From positions 62,001-126,000 of the forward strand of contig DF237096.1 in assembly GCA_000708835.1 (NCBI GenBank): a stretch of 64,000 bases of DNA, in the 5' to 3' direction. The stretch comes from Klebsormidium nitens. Taxonomy: Eukaryota > Plantae > Klebsormidiophyceae. The position numbers and the translations under genes are program-made. A model generated the notes under the pieces. It saw nothing but the letters and a program-made list of their open reading frames with translations. It was not told the DNA's origin and searched no databases. Shown here piece after piece: positions 38,123 to 51,466 of the stretch (position 1 is the stretch's first letter; each line of letters begins with the position of its first letter).

Positions 38123-39273
38123 GACAACGTTGCAAACCACCAACCACCTGTTGGCCTTCCAGATCTTTCAAACGGACAGATCTCTGACCGGCGCTTGAAG
38201 CGCCCGAGCAAGGATTAAGCTTGAACCAGCAAGCAAAATCCTCCCTAGAAACCCGTACTTCTGCCAGTATACAGCTGTTGCAGAACGTACACCTTTGCTG
38301 TCCCTCTCACTGCTACGTTTTGTCTGTAGGATCTTTTGTCTCTCCTAGATCTGTTCAAAGCTCAATTGCTGAAAAATCTCAGCTAGACTCGAGTGCCTGA
38401 CGTCTGTGCCTTGAGGATGACGAAGTGGTCAAGCTGGTGTCAAAGAAGAGTTGCGTATCCTACGAGGGTTTCAACAAACCATATTCTGTATGAGGGTTTC
38501 CTCCTGGCTATTACCTATTACCTCGCCAAAACCAAGGCGCGAAATTATCGGCGTGATGCCTCGCGAACGTTTACGGTTTGGATTTGCGAGAGGTTTGGAG
38601 GAAACCACTCTGACAGTTGACACAGGGTAGCGGGCCGAACTTTCAAGAAGGGCCACAAATCTTGAACGCCTTGCAGAAGCGCCATCATGATGATACATAG
38701 CCTTTTAGAGTCAGACTCAGACTCAGAGTCAAGACGACATGAGGACTTGGGTTAGAAACTGCACGGGTTTAATATACATCAGTGTTGTGCATGTGTGCTT
38801 TCGAGGCGAGGGAAGTCGGCTCCAGAGTTTCTGGCAGAGGCGGGCGGCTGCCTTGGCACTAGGACGGTCCGGAGCGGTCTTTTGAGGGAGTCCTTGAATA
38901 AAGCTGCCCAGGACTCAGGAGTGTAGGAAGTTTGCGGAGAAAGCAACAGTGACAGACGGGAATAAGAGATTGAGAGCAGGGTTGATGAGCTGTCCATTTG
39001 CTGGTTTGCAGACTTGTTTTGTTCTTCAATACGATGTAGTTATTAGCTATAGCATTCTCCAGAAAGTGGAGTTTCTTTGAGGAGCAAACGGAATGTTGCA
39101 AAGTGGATGTCACTTATGAAAGTGTCCTGTGTAGTATAGTCATGGATGTAGACCACATTTTTTGATTGATCTTCATACCAGCACTTCCCTGCCATTTGAG
39201 CTCGGATTTCGTTCTGCCGCAACCAGGCGTGTGCGCCAATCCACGCTGCACAGAAAACGAATTGTGGACAGAG

Positions 39274-42200
39274 ATGACTTTCCAATCTCCTGGGAATGGT
39301 GTAGCCATGATGGAAGTCCCTTCCGCAGGACCAGAATTGTCCTCAGTGCATTTAGAAAGGAAGATCAGCCGCTCGGGGTCAGCTACTGAGAATGGGGCTC
39401 CAGGTGCCCTGATGAGTCTGCTGGGGCATGACCACCTTGTTCTGATTCTAGAGCGGCTCTCCATACGATCGGTGCTTTCGTTTGGATTGACATGCAAGCA
39501 AGGAATGGAGTTGGCGTGCTCGGATGCGGTCTGGGCGTCACTGTGTCGGAGGGAGTGGGGTTCGCAGGCCGCCGAGGTGGAACCAATTGTGAACCGTGTG
39601 AAGGGCGGATGGAAGGAAGTGAGTCTCGTGTCAAATCAAACTTAAACAATGCCTCAACGATATGACAGTGATGAAGCTTCTGATCTACCTCAGTGTCATG
39701 CATGCAGATGCTTTTCGAAGAGACCAGTGCATGGATCTTCAAGGCACCTTGTGCATGGATGCCTTTGCTTGTAGCCTCTTGTTTGGCAGTTCAACCGTTC
39801 TGCGATTCATGGGGCTTTTAAACTTGCCATTGATCTCGGATATACTGCCATACGGTTACTTTTGGGGCATTTGAATGCAGATAACTTTCAAGTTCATAGA
39901 CATAGCGCATTCGGCAGTATTGAATCTCCCTAAAGATTTGATGTGCCGGTGAATCAAATCAATTTTTGGGATCGCATTCCGGTTCTCTGATAATGTTGGA
40001 ATGAGACTTGAGTACTAAAGTAAAAAGTTTTTGCGCTGCAGCTTACTTACCACCTTTCACCCTTCTCATATTCCTTGTAGCCACCTCTTATGTGTGCTTT
40101 GCCATGAGGGGTCTCGTATTATAGCTAGATGACAAGGTGCTCTTTCTGGTCAGGCTACGTGATGATGGATGCGAATGCATTTAAGAGAATCGATTGATGT
40201 ATGTTTGTGTTTGATTAGGGTGTTGAAGGTTTGTAAGGTAAGCCGTCTCTGAGCCCTCCATTTGCGGACATCCGTGGTTCTGTTCATCCATCCATATGTT
40301 GATTCTCCAGCTGTCTCTGTTTTACTGATCTTTTGACAGTCTGGGCATTCAAGGCAGCCGTGTATTCCAAATTTTGTCTGGTCACGTTGTTCCAGCACTT
40401 TCAATTGGTGCTCACTTGGTCCTTGCTCCGCCTGCAGCACACCTTCCTCAGGCTGCTCTCTTCCTGTCGATCAGCTCTGTAGCCAACGATCTCCAAGCGC
40501 AATCCTCACAGCTACCATTTTTTGCTGTTGCTGACATCATCCGTGCTCCTCCGGCCGCAGATCTGCCGCCAGCTGTCGACACTTCAGTCAGCGCACTGGC
40601 AGCAGCTCCCCTCGGGTGAGCAGGGCCCCTGTCGCAGGGCCTCGCACAGCCTGCTGGTTGCTGATGGGAAGCTCGTAACTATAGCAGGGGGATGCGACGG
40701 AGGTGAGCGAGCTCGCTACAGTCCTTCCACGTATTTGTACTTGCAGTCAGCTCTCACAGCCTAGATCATGAGCATCAGCCGTTAGTGGTGTAAAAAAGTC
40801 AAGAGGCCGAGCATAATCAAGAGGCCGAACCTTATGCTCCGGTTCTTCCACTTCCATTACTCTGGTTCTCTTTGTCTTTTATGACGCAAGCCAGGTCTAG
40901 GTTCTTCTTTATACTCTCCTAATCTCAATCTCCTTGTTTATCTCCTTTTCAGCGTTTCTCATGGTCAGAGCTGCGTGTCAGTGGAAGATGTGGTCTCCTT
41001 GCGATTTGTCATGCTTAAAGCGTATCAGCTTGCCGCGATTTGGGATATTCGCATCCAATGTTGGGAAGTCCACCTTATTGGAATGTCGATGGACAATTCT
41101 CTTGCATTCTGGCACAAGTGAGATCATGCTGATTAAACCAGACCGACTATAAATACCTGTGGGAACCACATTCCTTCAGTTCCGAAACTCGGAACTCCGA
41201 AACTTGAAATTTTCGGTCAAGGGCGCACCAAAATCGCTGAATGCACGAAATCGCTGCGCAACGAAAAATGCATGTTTTAAGATGGTTTCTTTCGGCGGTT
41301 TCGATGAGAGGTTGTAGGCGCTGTCATTCCTGAGCTAAACAAAGAAGAACCGCCGGAAACGATGAAGATTTGCTTTTTTTTTGTGGTAACATAAGCTCAA
41401 TTTTCCGAAGTCAAAACCGTGCGCCCTCGGCAGGTTTTGAATTTTGGTGGCCGTTTGCCGAGAATGCCACGTCCGCATATTGAGTTTGCCGATTATAAAG
41501 TCGGTCTGGTGGTTTCAGGGAAAGGCTCGTTCCCCCCTGCTTGCGCCCACTTCTACTTGCTCTTTCTGCCAAAGTTTGTTCTTGACTTAACCAAAACAGC
41601 ATGTCTTGTCACTGTGGCTTTGCCCACCTGTAGGGTGGTTCAAACAAGATGGTCTATGGCCTGCCTTTGGAATCGACGAATCGACAGTGATAAGTTGTTT
41701 CGCCACCTTGTTTGTGATATCCGCTTTCAGGGGTTGACCGACCGATGATTTTGCCGGAGTCTAGTCAACAACACGAAGCATGCCTTGGCTAGCTTGTTTG
41801 TACGACGAGCCGTGTTCATAATCAACAGCCTTTTATCACCTTCATTCGCTCAGTCCGCAGTATCTGCCTCGTCGTGATTCAGCCGTGTGTCATACTTTAC
41901 TTTCGAGTGTGTGAGAATCACTGAGCCGCCCATCTTTCCTTCTCAGGCCGCGATCTCGACGACACCTGGATCGCCGACCCGGGCCCCCTCATTCAGCGCC
42001 CCGACGACCCGCCCTCGCTGACGTGGCACCTCGCCTCTGCCGGAGAGGTCCCCGGGCGCTTCGGCCAATGCAGCGTTGGTGTCCCCGAGCGTCATACCAT
42101 CGTCATTTTCGGCGGGATCAACGACCGGGGGCTCCGCTTGAACGACACATGGGCGTTTGACGATGTAGCGGGCCGCGGGAACGCCACCTGGCGCAAGCTG

Positions 42201-43025
42201 ATCCTTCCGCAGGCGCCGGCGCCGAGGGGTGCTCCGGGGGGATGCTTCGGCGGGGACCAAAAGGTGGTCGTGTTTGGAGGCCTGTCGCAGGACAACGCGC
42301 GGTATGCTGACACGTGGATCTTGGATTTCGCGCTCGAACCGCTGAGCTGGCGGAAAGTGGAGACAGACTCCGGGCCGCAGGCGCGGTCCGGGCACACAAT
42401 GACGTGGCTCGGGGACGGGCGGATTGTTCTTTTCGGGGGGCGGAACATGGTGTTTGAGATGCTGAACGACGTGTGGGTGCTGGACATGAACGCCCCAGGG
42501 GGACCGAAGTGGCAGGAGATTTGGTCCCCCGAAAGGTATCCCAGTGATGACGCACCGGTTGCGCGGTCGGGGCACACGGCGACGGCGGTGCTCGGGGGAA
42601 AAGTGATCGTAATTGGGGGGGAGGATATGAGCCGAAACCGGAAGGGCGACGTGTGGTTGCTGGATCCCGATGCAGGCTCAGCTCCGGAGAAACCACTCGA
42701 GGCGGAATCGGCGCATACGGCAAACGGGGCGGGGGAGACCTTACTGGACGGCCCGCTGACCCTTGGCGGGGCGCCGATAGAAAATGGTAATCTGGACACA
42801 GCGGGGGTAGTCCCGGAAGTAGCAACGACACCCCCCCGAAAAGTGTGGCAGCGGTTGGCGGTGGCAGGGCCAAGCCCGAGCCGGCGGTCGTTTCATGCCG
42901 CAGTGCGGCTGGCGGGATCGTCAATTCTTCTGTTTGGGGGGATGGTCGACGGGGAGCTTTTGCCGGGGCAGGCTGGGGGGCTAAAGTTTGACGACGAGTT
43001 ATGGCTGCTGAACCTGGTCGGGTGA
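39274..43025 (+). CDS. F-box/kelch-repeat protein (At1g51550-like; about 521 aa)
   Basis: Exons 39274-39618, 40561-40702, 41947-43025 total 1566 nt; the start codon is tentative. F-box LGHDHLVLILERLSIRSVLSFGLTCK...SDAVWASLCRREWG. Kelch motifs RASHSL, FGGINDRGLRLNDTW, RSGHT, GGEDMSRNRKGDVW, RSFHAA and FGGMVDG...GLKFDDEL. Confidence 0.9.
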
Positions 43026-44987
43026 CATGTCACCGGGGCGTTGTTGCCAGTCGCTATTGAGGAAGGAGGGCAGGAGGGTTGCGGAGGGTGAGCGCTTCAC
43101 ACATGTCTGATCGGTGCAGCGAAATCAGGAATAAGAAATGAACGATCCTTAGAAACGGAGGGCCTAGGAAGCAGCTTTTGCTGAAGGGCGTTACTTATTA
43201 GGGTGCGGCAACCAAAAGTGCTGAAAAACGTCTAGCTGACTCGATTCGTGCACCAGTGTTTGGGTGTGGATTTGGAGTTGCGTGGTTTTTATGTGCATCT
43301 CGAATTGCTCCTCCTTCACGGCTGCAATGAGGAACGCGGCCCAAGCTTTTGACGTCTTAGGCTGGTTATGGTGACACGAACATGCTCACTTTGGTCAAAG
43401 ACCAGGTTAAATAGAGGTATGGTACCGCTGATTTTCAATACGAGCTCGCACTGACCTTACCATAGGGCCAAGCGCTAAAAGGCACATATCAATTGTCTAG
43501 TCTATCTCCGAGTAATGTAATGTGCACAAAAGAGATGGAAGTGGTTCCTGAAGATTCAGTTGGAATTGATCCCAGTTATGTCTCTGCGCAATTCACTTAT
43601 CTTTCTTATGTGGTAATTTGTTGGAGTCATCTTAGAAGCTAGCTTCAACGATGTACTTCAAACTGTCATGCATCATGATTGGTCCATTTCACACGGCTCT
43701 GGGTGCCATGCATGTATGTGGCCTAAGTGCAGTACGCCTTGCTGAATGATTTCAAAGTACATAATGGCCTGGCGGCCGGTGCACATGGCTGCAGTATCTA
43801 TTGATCAATAATACATATGCACATGATGATCTTGCGGGTGCATGGTCCGGTCATGACAGTATCGCAAATTGAACCATTGATGCGTCCAGACAATCAAGTC
43901 GCTGTTTCACCCGATATTAACGTCAACATCATGCCATAGCTGCAATCCACATGCATGATGGTATACGTACTAACGCAGACCCGCAGGCTGCACAAGAATT
44001 CTGGACATGTATGACGTATGGCAGGCGAGGCCCCCCCGCCCAAGCAACGCCATAAACGTAATATACACGTGCGCATGCATACGATTGTTTCTCATTCACT
44101 TGAATGTTCGATATCAGGCTTGCTCATGCAGTGCACGACCGTCGAGCTGCAGCTAGCTGCCAGCGGACATGATGGCGCTCAGAAAGCGATATTTTATAGC
44201 TCCCAGACGGCGGCACTCGTGATGCATCATCTTAGCATATGCAAGATTTATATGACCATTGAACGCGTGCATGTAACGGTCGAGTTTGGGCAAAGCTGGG
44301 TACGTGCGGCAGGGCATCCTTGTCAGAATCTACAAAAACGCCGCATAGGTGCATATCAACTTGAATTAGCATCCTATATGATCACTTCAGTCTGCACCGC
44401 GGCCCATATATCTCTGTGTGAAAGCTACGTGCATACATTCCAGCAAGTGCGGATGTCGAGCTTGCAAGTACAGTATGTAGAAGGATTTGTCCCCCGGAAA
44501 GCCGCCATGGAAGATTGTACAGATGTTGTGAGAAGATGGACAGTGCATGGGACAGTGAATCTAGATGTCGGAGCGCATCGTATTGAAGGTATAAAATGCC
44601 AGCTTTTCGCAAGGACAGCACTTGGGTTTTGCAGGATTGCCCCAAGGGGGTGACTCGTGCGTTTCAAGTTATTACACAGCGACATAGGATGCGTTCGCTC
44701 CACAGAAACGTTCCAACGTGGTATCACGTTTGGTTAACGGTGGGTCTGAGTGGCTGTGTCCGGAAGAAATTGCCCGCCTGTTGACATCTTTCGGACAGAG
44801 CACTCATGCTGCTGACAAGGGCCAGATTCGTACAATCATACAGAATCCATGCTGCCCGGTGCAAACCACCGGCTTTTCTCCCTACGAACACAAACGGGGG
44901 ATTCTGCCGCCCTCCCAATGGCTCCCGCTCCAATTTCTTGCGGTCCTAATTCTTTGTTGCACAAAAGTGGATGATATTCGCGCCCCC

Positions 44988-47614
44988 TCAGTGCGCCGCA
45001 ACGATACCGCCGCTCTTCCAGCCGCCGGTCGGGAGGAACTCGCCGGGCAGCTTATGGGCCTTTCCTTCGAACCGGAACTCCCCCGGGCCAAGCGGCCGGT
45101 TGGCGGCGAAAGCGCCCTCGTAGGAGCTGCCGTCGCGCATGATCCAGCTGCCGCGGACGAAGCCCCCATTCTCCCAAGTGCCTTCGAACTGCGGAAAAGA
45201 TGACGCTTACAGGACGAAAGCAGAGGCGGCTGGTTTCAAGCGTCGGTGTTCGATTCCTTGTCTGCTGGTGATTCACCAAATAATATCGCTCGTTGTCTTC
45301 GAACTTAGACGAACTTAGAGACTTCGAACCTGGCATTTGAATGTTAGATCAGGAAGTAGCCTGGCATGGGGACCGCTGAGACGAGTCTATTCCGGTTTGC
45401 CCCTGAAAGAAAGGGCAGCGTGCACGGTGTGTTTAACTGCATGTCCTTTCTGAAAGGATAGTCGGTTCTACTCTTTAAATAGAAGCAGTCGAAGGCTGGT
45501 CACTGTCACTGGACACGACACGATGTAAGATGAACTGGCCCACGTATTCACAACTGATTTTCCATCTTTCAAAAAACGAATCACTTGAAAGACGTTGCTG
45601 ATCCGTCAGAACGCAGAGTTCCTTCGACATCGGTCAAAGCCACAACCTTCTAACGGCCGAGGATATCCCAAGTCGGCGGCGATGCCCTCGAAGCAGTCGT
45701 CTTGTGCGCGCTGATCATAAAGGTCCCTGAAGGATAGCTGGGCCCGAACACATATGGGAATCTTCAGGTCCCTTTCCCAGTTCACGCGAAGTACCATTGC
45801 CTTAGGAGGAGCGCAATGAGAGATCTCCGAAGAGGCTTGCTAGTAGTCTGCTGACATCATGTTGCCTTTCTCATGCCTCGAACCTATGGTAACGTTTCTG
45901 GAAATGTTTCCAGACCCTCCATTCGGCACAGCAGAAAAACTGTGACAGCTATCCTGCACTAGACTACGGAAGCGTGGAGCAACAGAAGCCCCCCCTAACA
46001 GCAAACGAGAAGCGTGCAGTACCCCTACTCCAGTAGCCTAGTAGCGCACCAGAACGTACTCCCGTCAGCAAGACGCAGTTACTCTTCGTGTCCCCGGATT
46101 AATTCCACAATTCCTGAAGCCCTTTCTAACAACATACTAAAGTACTCGCGCTCTCCCACCTGGCTCATGCTCTCCTTGAAGAAGTAGGTGCCCTTCCCGT
46201 GCTTCTGCCCGGCACTCCAGCTCCCCCCGAACGTGTCGCCGTTGGGATATGCATAAGTGCCCTGCCCGTCTCTTTGGTCCTGGGCCCACGAGCCTGCAGA
46301 AAAGATATAAGCAGATGTCCATAAGGGTGGAGCAGTTAGCCACGAACCTACTCGATATCCACCAGAGATAGATGTTGTAAATGAAGTAGGTGGGATGCGG
46401 ATTACGGAAAGGCAAGCTACATGTATTTTCTTACTCTTCACAGCACATCCTCTGAGTCCGAGACACCTCAAACGAAACTTCGGTCACGATGGTTTGAGAT
46501 GATGAAGCTGTAGTTTTGACTCCGCTCAAGGTCGAAGCGAGAAAACGTCATGGGTCGGCGGAGCTTTCATCGACTTCTCGGGCTCCCTTGGAGAGTCGAC
46601 CGCCTATGATATCACCATTGTACTTTTCTCACCATTGTAAATTTTCGAAGAAAGACGGTTTGAAGCCATCAACCCAGCTCACCTTCGTATCTTGCCTTAT
46701 CCGGATACTCCGTCACCCCGAACCCCTGCTTCAGATTGTCAGCATACTCTCCCTCGTAGAATGCGCCGTTTGCAAAGGTATACTTGCCCTTGCCATGCCG
46801 CCGTCCGTTGGCGTAGATGCCTTCGAAAAGGTCACCGTTTGGAAAAGTCGCTTTGCCGGGGCCGTCAGGCACCCCGTCTAGGAGCTCCCCCTCCCAAACC
46901 TGTCAGTCGGTGCGAGTCAGCCTGAGCTCAGTGTGGAATCTGTATTTTCAAACAACGACCTACCTATACTTGCTCTCAGAATCAGCCACTCAGTGGGGGT
47001 CATTGTAGAAGTCTGAACAAGACTCGCAGCCCTGCATACTTGCTTTCAGAAAGGGAAATCTTGAGAGGCAATAAGGGACCACGTTACTCAGCACTGAACA
47101 TGGCAAGAAGGGAAGGGCTTGCTCTCAGAAAATTTGTATCTATCTGAGGACCAGGTTTTACACCTTGCTCAGGAATTGTAGGTTTAGCAGCTCATGAATC
47201 ATTGTGGATACCTGTTGAACCTTTCAAAGAGCCTTCTCTGGTTAATGTCACCTTGGGGTTCAGCGAGTGCTCGCCCACATTTACGAAAAGCCAGAACAAA
47301 CAGCCCCCAGCTTAGCCCGCTTCTCTGCAGCACTTATCTTCTCGAATGTTGCAAAAGAAGGTGGCACTATTGCAACAAATCTGTGCATAATTTGCATCGT
47401 GAGTCAGGAAGCTGCTTCGGGCTTATGCCGCAAAAGGCCGCCCCACTCGATCCTGAGCACAAAGTCCAGGTCTTCAAAACTGGCCCCTTGAGGCACAGGG
47501 GCATGCAGCTTTCTAGCTCAAGGGCAGCTTGGCATATACGATCAAGCGACCAGACTGCAATTCACAGCTCACCACTGAAGCTGCGACTTCTTCCTCCCCA
47601 TCGCTGTCCCCCAT
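44988..47614 (-). CDS. RSP10: MORN-repeat protein, flagellar radial spoke head RSP10/RSPH1-like (197 aa)
   Basis: Exons 47614-47573, 46899-46683, 46293-46160, 45188-44988 total 594 nt. Acidic N-terminus (MGDSDGEEE), then VWEG..DGVPDGPGKATFP and tandem MORN units (YEGEYADNLKQGFG, YPDKARYEGSW..DQRDGQGTYAYPNGD, KHGKGTYFF, FEGTWENGGFVRGSW). The layout matches Chlamydomonas RSP10 as I recall it. Confidence 0.75.
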
Positions 47615-48299
47615 TGCGCCAAAATGTGGATGGCTTGGCGGTCGATCTGCTGGATTGTATCGTGGATGAAAAGCCTTTCCTCTTCTCCTTTGCCAGTTCT
47701 TTTGGCTGCCCGCATCTAAATACTAGTCTGAGTGTTGCATAGTCTCTAGAGCTATGTACAGCATTTTCGGGGCAAGCTGTACCTACTCACCTACGTGAAG
47801 CCTGTCGAAGCGCTAATTAGAATCTAGAGCTCGTTTTGAACGTGCTCTATGAAATCTCATGAGTGGCAGGACCGCTCATGCAATTTTGCCAACGGTTTAT
47901 AAACTTGCTGGAGTGGTCCATGTGCGCGCGCTTTCAAATCTGTGCTTTATAGTCGTCGATCATGGATCATCAGTCAATCTTGACCATTCTCGTTTTGTTT
48001 CAGAGATTGCCAGACAGCTTGCAAGTTTGCATTGCAGCATGCATGTCGCCGCTCGCGAGGGGACGGGAGAACGACGTCGATATTATTAGTGCTTGACAAA
48101 ATGAGACGGAGTCATTTGCATTGTCAAATGCAGATTCGAAGTGAAGTGCTTTTGTTCAAGGCTCCGTTCGCGGGAAGAACGCTTCGTGGGGGTTCAGCTT
48201 GCCTGAATGCAGAGCCGCGCGGGGCTGTGTTCGATGGCAATATGTCTCCTCTAGAGTGTTGAATCTGATTGTACCTATCCAAGAAGCTGCACCGCGGGC

Positions 48300-51200
48300 A
48301 TGGAGAGCGCCTGGGTTAACCAATCGTATGCTCAAGGCATGGCGGACCAATGGTGGTCGCACTATGGAGATGGCGCTCAGACGCCCATCTTCCAAGCTTG
48401 GGAAGCAGCCTATAGCTTTCCTGCTTTTCTTACCACCCTTCCCCCTCCTCCCCCTCCTCCCCCTCACCTAACAGTGCCTCTTCCCCCCTCTCCACCTTCA
48501 GCGGTCCAACCTTCGGCATCCCAACCATTGGAGAATGGAAAAAGCATTCGGCAACTCCGGAGAATGAGACAACGTGCTGCACAAGTCCAGCGAGCGCAGC
48601 TGCAGCAAGCAGCGAGTCAGTCAGGCGTGCCGAAAGGCGTTGGGGTGAAGAGAGCACGAGAGGCATTCCCGGCAGATCGGAAGGTGGGCCCATTTCAAAG
48701 GGCCTTAGAGCGGGGCAGGGAGGAGCAGAGGAGAGGGAAGAAGCAGCGGTTGGAAGCACTGCCTCTGACAAAGAAGGCACTGCCTGAAAAGGGTGCGAGA
48801 AGAGTTGCTCTCAAGGGTGCTAAGGCAACCAGAGTGGCGGGCACACCAACACCTTCAACGTCGTCGCCACATTTGCTTGCGGAAAGCGGCTTTGTGACAG
48901 ACAACAAAGCAGCAAGGGTAGACAACGAACCAGCAAGGGTAGGGGGTGTGGCCACCAAGCCTTGTCTATCCGAAGGGAGGTGTGTGGGGGAGGCGTTGGA
49001 GCTGCAAGCGAAAAAGGTGAAGTGGCGCTCAAGATGGGACCAGAAAGGAGAGGCGGACGCCCCAAGGCGGGAGGATCAGAGTCTGGGCCTTGAAGTGCAA
49101 GACGGGACAGTGTTGTTGGAGAAGCAAACGGGTCAGGCTGGTGGCTCGAAGTCTGCCAACAAGCGGGCGAAAGAAGGGCCGAGTGGAGAAATGGAAGCAT
49201 TGAAGCGGGGAAATCAGAGTCTGCTATCCAAACTGCAGAACGCGGTGGTCGAAAAACAGAAGGCATACATTGCTGAATTGGAGTGGAGGTCCACTCAGGC
49301 ATGGGTGAACCAGGAGCAGAGAGCGGTGATTGACAGGTGCCAGTGGGCGGAGTCAGAAATGCAGGCGATGAAGACGCTGTGCGACAGTCTGAGCGGGGAG
49401 AGGGACCGGTTGCAGCGGCAGGTGCATGCATCTCAAGAGGAGCTTGAAGCTGCAAAGGCGGCTTCCAAAGCAGAACTTGAGGCTGCCAAGGTTGAGTGCG
49501 AAGCTGACCTGGAGGCGGTCAAGGCTGCTTACAAGAGGCAGATTGAAGCGGCGAAAGGCGAAACTGCTGCGGCAAACAAGCTGCTGGCGGTCGCCAAGAA
49601 CGTGAACGCGCTCAGGCTGAAAACGAGCAAAGTGGAGGCGGAAGCGGCGAAGCGTCTGCGAGAGGAGAGCGAAGAAGCGCTCAAGCTGCAGAAGAAGGCG
49701 TGTGCGGAGATGAGCGACGCACTGGCGGCTCTGCAGGAGCGTGACGCTGATGTCAGCGCCCGGCTCGGCGTGATTGGAGCCAAGCTGGGGATTCAGTCAG
49801 CGAGACCGGAGGACATCCAAGTGGCGGTGGTTTCGTCGCAGTCGGCTTTGGGGTCGGCAAAGGAGAGGGAGAAGGAACTAGAGAGGAGACTTTTCTACAG
49901 CGGAAAGGACAGGACGGATCTGCGCCGAGCGGAGGACAGGGCGAAGCAACTAGAACGGAAGAACCTGGAGCAAGAGAAGATGCTGCAGGAAGGCAAGGTG
50001 CTGTTGGAGGAGAGGCAGCGGCAAGTGCAGGATCTGAAAGCAGATCTGAAGGTGGAGAAAGAAAAGGGGAGGCTCCGAGAGGCTGAGTTTCGAAAGGACT
50101 TGAGGGATGCAGATGCAAGGGTCGCCCGTTTGGAGGCCAGTCAGAAGACTTTCGAACTTGACAATGGGGCTCGGAGACAGTCCTCGGAGGCACGAAGAGC
50201 AAAGAAGGAACTAGAGGAGGGGGAGGTGGCACCGGAGTTGCCAGACATACTCCAGGACGAGTCCTCTCAAGAGGAGGGGCGGGAGAGTCAGGGGCGCAGC
50301 GGGTTTGAAGCTTCTGAGTTCTTGGGGGAAGGAGAACGGGTGGCTGCTGCACAGGCAAAAGAAGGCCGAAACGGTTGGTCTAAAGGCGTTGAGGAGTTAG
50401 AAGGAAAGCTTGCAGCCGAGAGACAGCGGGTCACGGAGTTGGAAAAGGACTTGGAGCTATCGCGGCAGCAAAGGGAAAGTCTGGAGGGAGCGTTACGGGT
50501 GGCAGAGGTGGAGCGGTTGGAAGAGTTGAAAGCAAGGGAGGGGGAGTTGTTTGAAGAGGTGCAACAAGAGCGACGGCGGAGGGAGTTTCTTGAGAGAGAG
50601 ATGGAGGCGGCAGAGGCGGATCAGATGGAAGAGTTGGAAGCAAGGGAAAGAGAGTTGCGAGAGGCGGGGTCGAGGCTACAGCAGATGGAACAGCAGGTGC
50701 AGCACCTCAAAGGGCAGCAGGTGAGGATCTCGGTAACGCCGTCAAATTCTGAATATTTTTGAATCTGCTCTTTGGAGTTGGTGATGATAGTCGACTGCAC
50801 GCTTGCGGTTGTCTTTCTTCGAGTTGTCAGGTACATAACGCTTGGGATTTGTTTCTTTCTTGTCAGAATGAGGCATCAGGCGATTCACCGATCTGGGCTT
50901 GCATATGCGAAAAAGGGGTTCTTCGAATGGCTTATGTCGTATGCTGACTGAGATCAATTTCGAACACTCGCTTATACGGGTTGGGTCTGAGAAAATCATC
51001 ATGAAAAGTTCTGAATGCCGGCTTCTATTAGTTGGGTGCGAATTTCCATACGTCGATCAGAAGTGCTTGCATCTTCTCTATTGATGTGCATGTCCGTTGT
51101 GCTCGTTGGTCGCGCTGGCCCAGTTGTTCTCGGTCTTGTTCGGAAATCATCCTAAGACGACTGTTCTTGGTCTTGATCGAAACTTGCTCTTACTCGACGC

Positions 51201-51466
51201 AGGTGGAATTGGAGAAGGCTGCGGATGCAAACCTCTGTCTCTGCTTGGAGAGAGACTCGGACACAGTGGTCGTCCCATGCGGGCACACTATGTGCGCGTT
51301 TTGTTGGGAGAAGCACGAGAAGATGCACAAGCCTGCGGCGACAAAGAAGAAGGGGTGTAGTCCCATTTTGTGTCCTTTATGTAAAGCCGAAGCTTATGCG
51401 GTTCAGCCAGTGTATAAATCGGGCCTCATAGAAGACAGCGCCATACTTGTCAGTTGTTGTACATAA
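48300..51466 (+). CDS. Uncharacterised long coiled-coil protein with a C-terminal RING-HC-like zinc finger (about 894 aa)
   Basis: A 2421 nt open exon 48300-50720 ends at CAG|GTGAG and joins in frame to 51203-51466. E/K/R/A-rich heptad-like sequence, a Pro-rich stretch near the N-terminus, and C-terminal CLC..DTVVVPCGHTMCAFCW...CPLCK. Confidence 0.75.

Noticed and set aside
38401-38492. Short open frame RLCLEDDEVVKLVSKKSCVSYEGFNKPYSV upstream of the F-box gene
   Set aside because: No ATG or usable splice link to the F-box exon was found, and no family was recognised.
40425-40600. Possible shadow of the F-box exon 2 acceptor about 122 bp upstream
   Set aside because: Only the GCTCCGCCTGCAG / CCTCCGGCCGCAG part aligns convincingly, which is too weak to list with the others.
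48430-50643. Long Pro/Ser-rich antisense ORFs opposite the coiled-coil gene, and similar ones at 41943-42924
   Set aside because: These are shadow frames produced by the biased codon usage of the real sense-strand exon.
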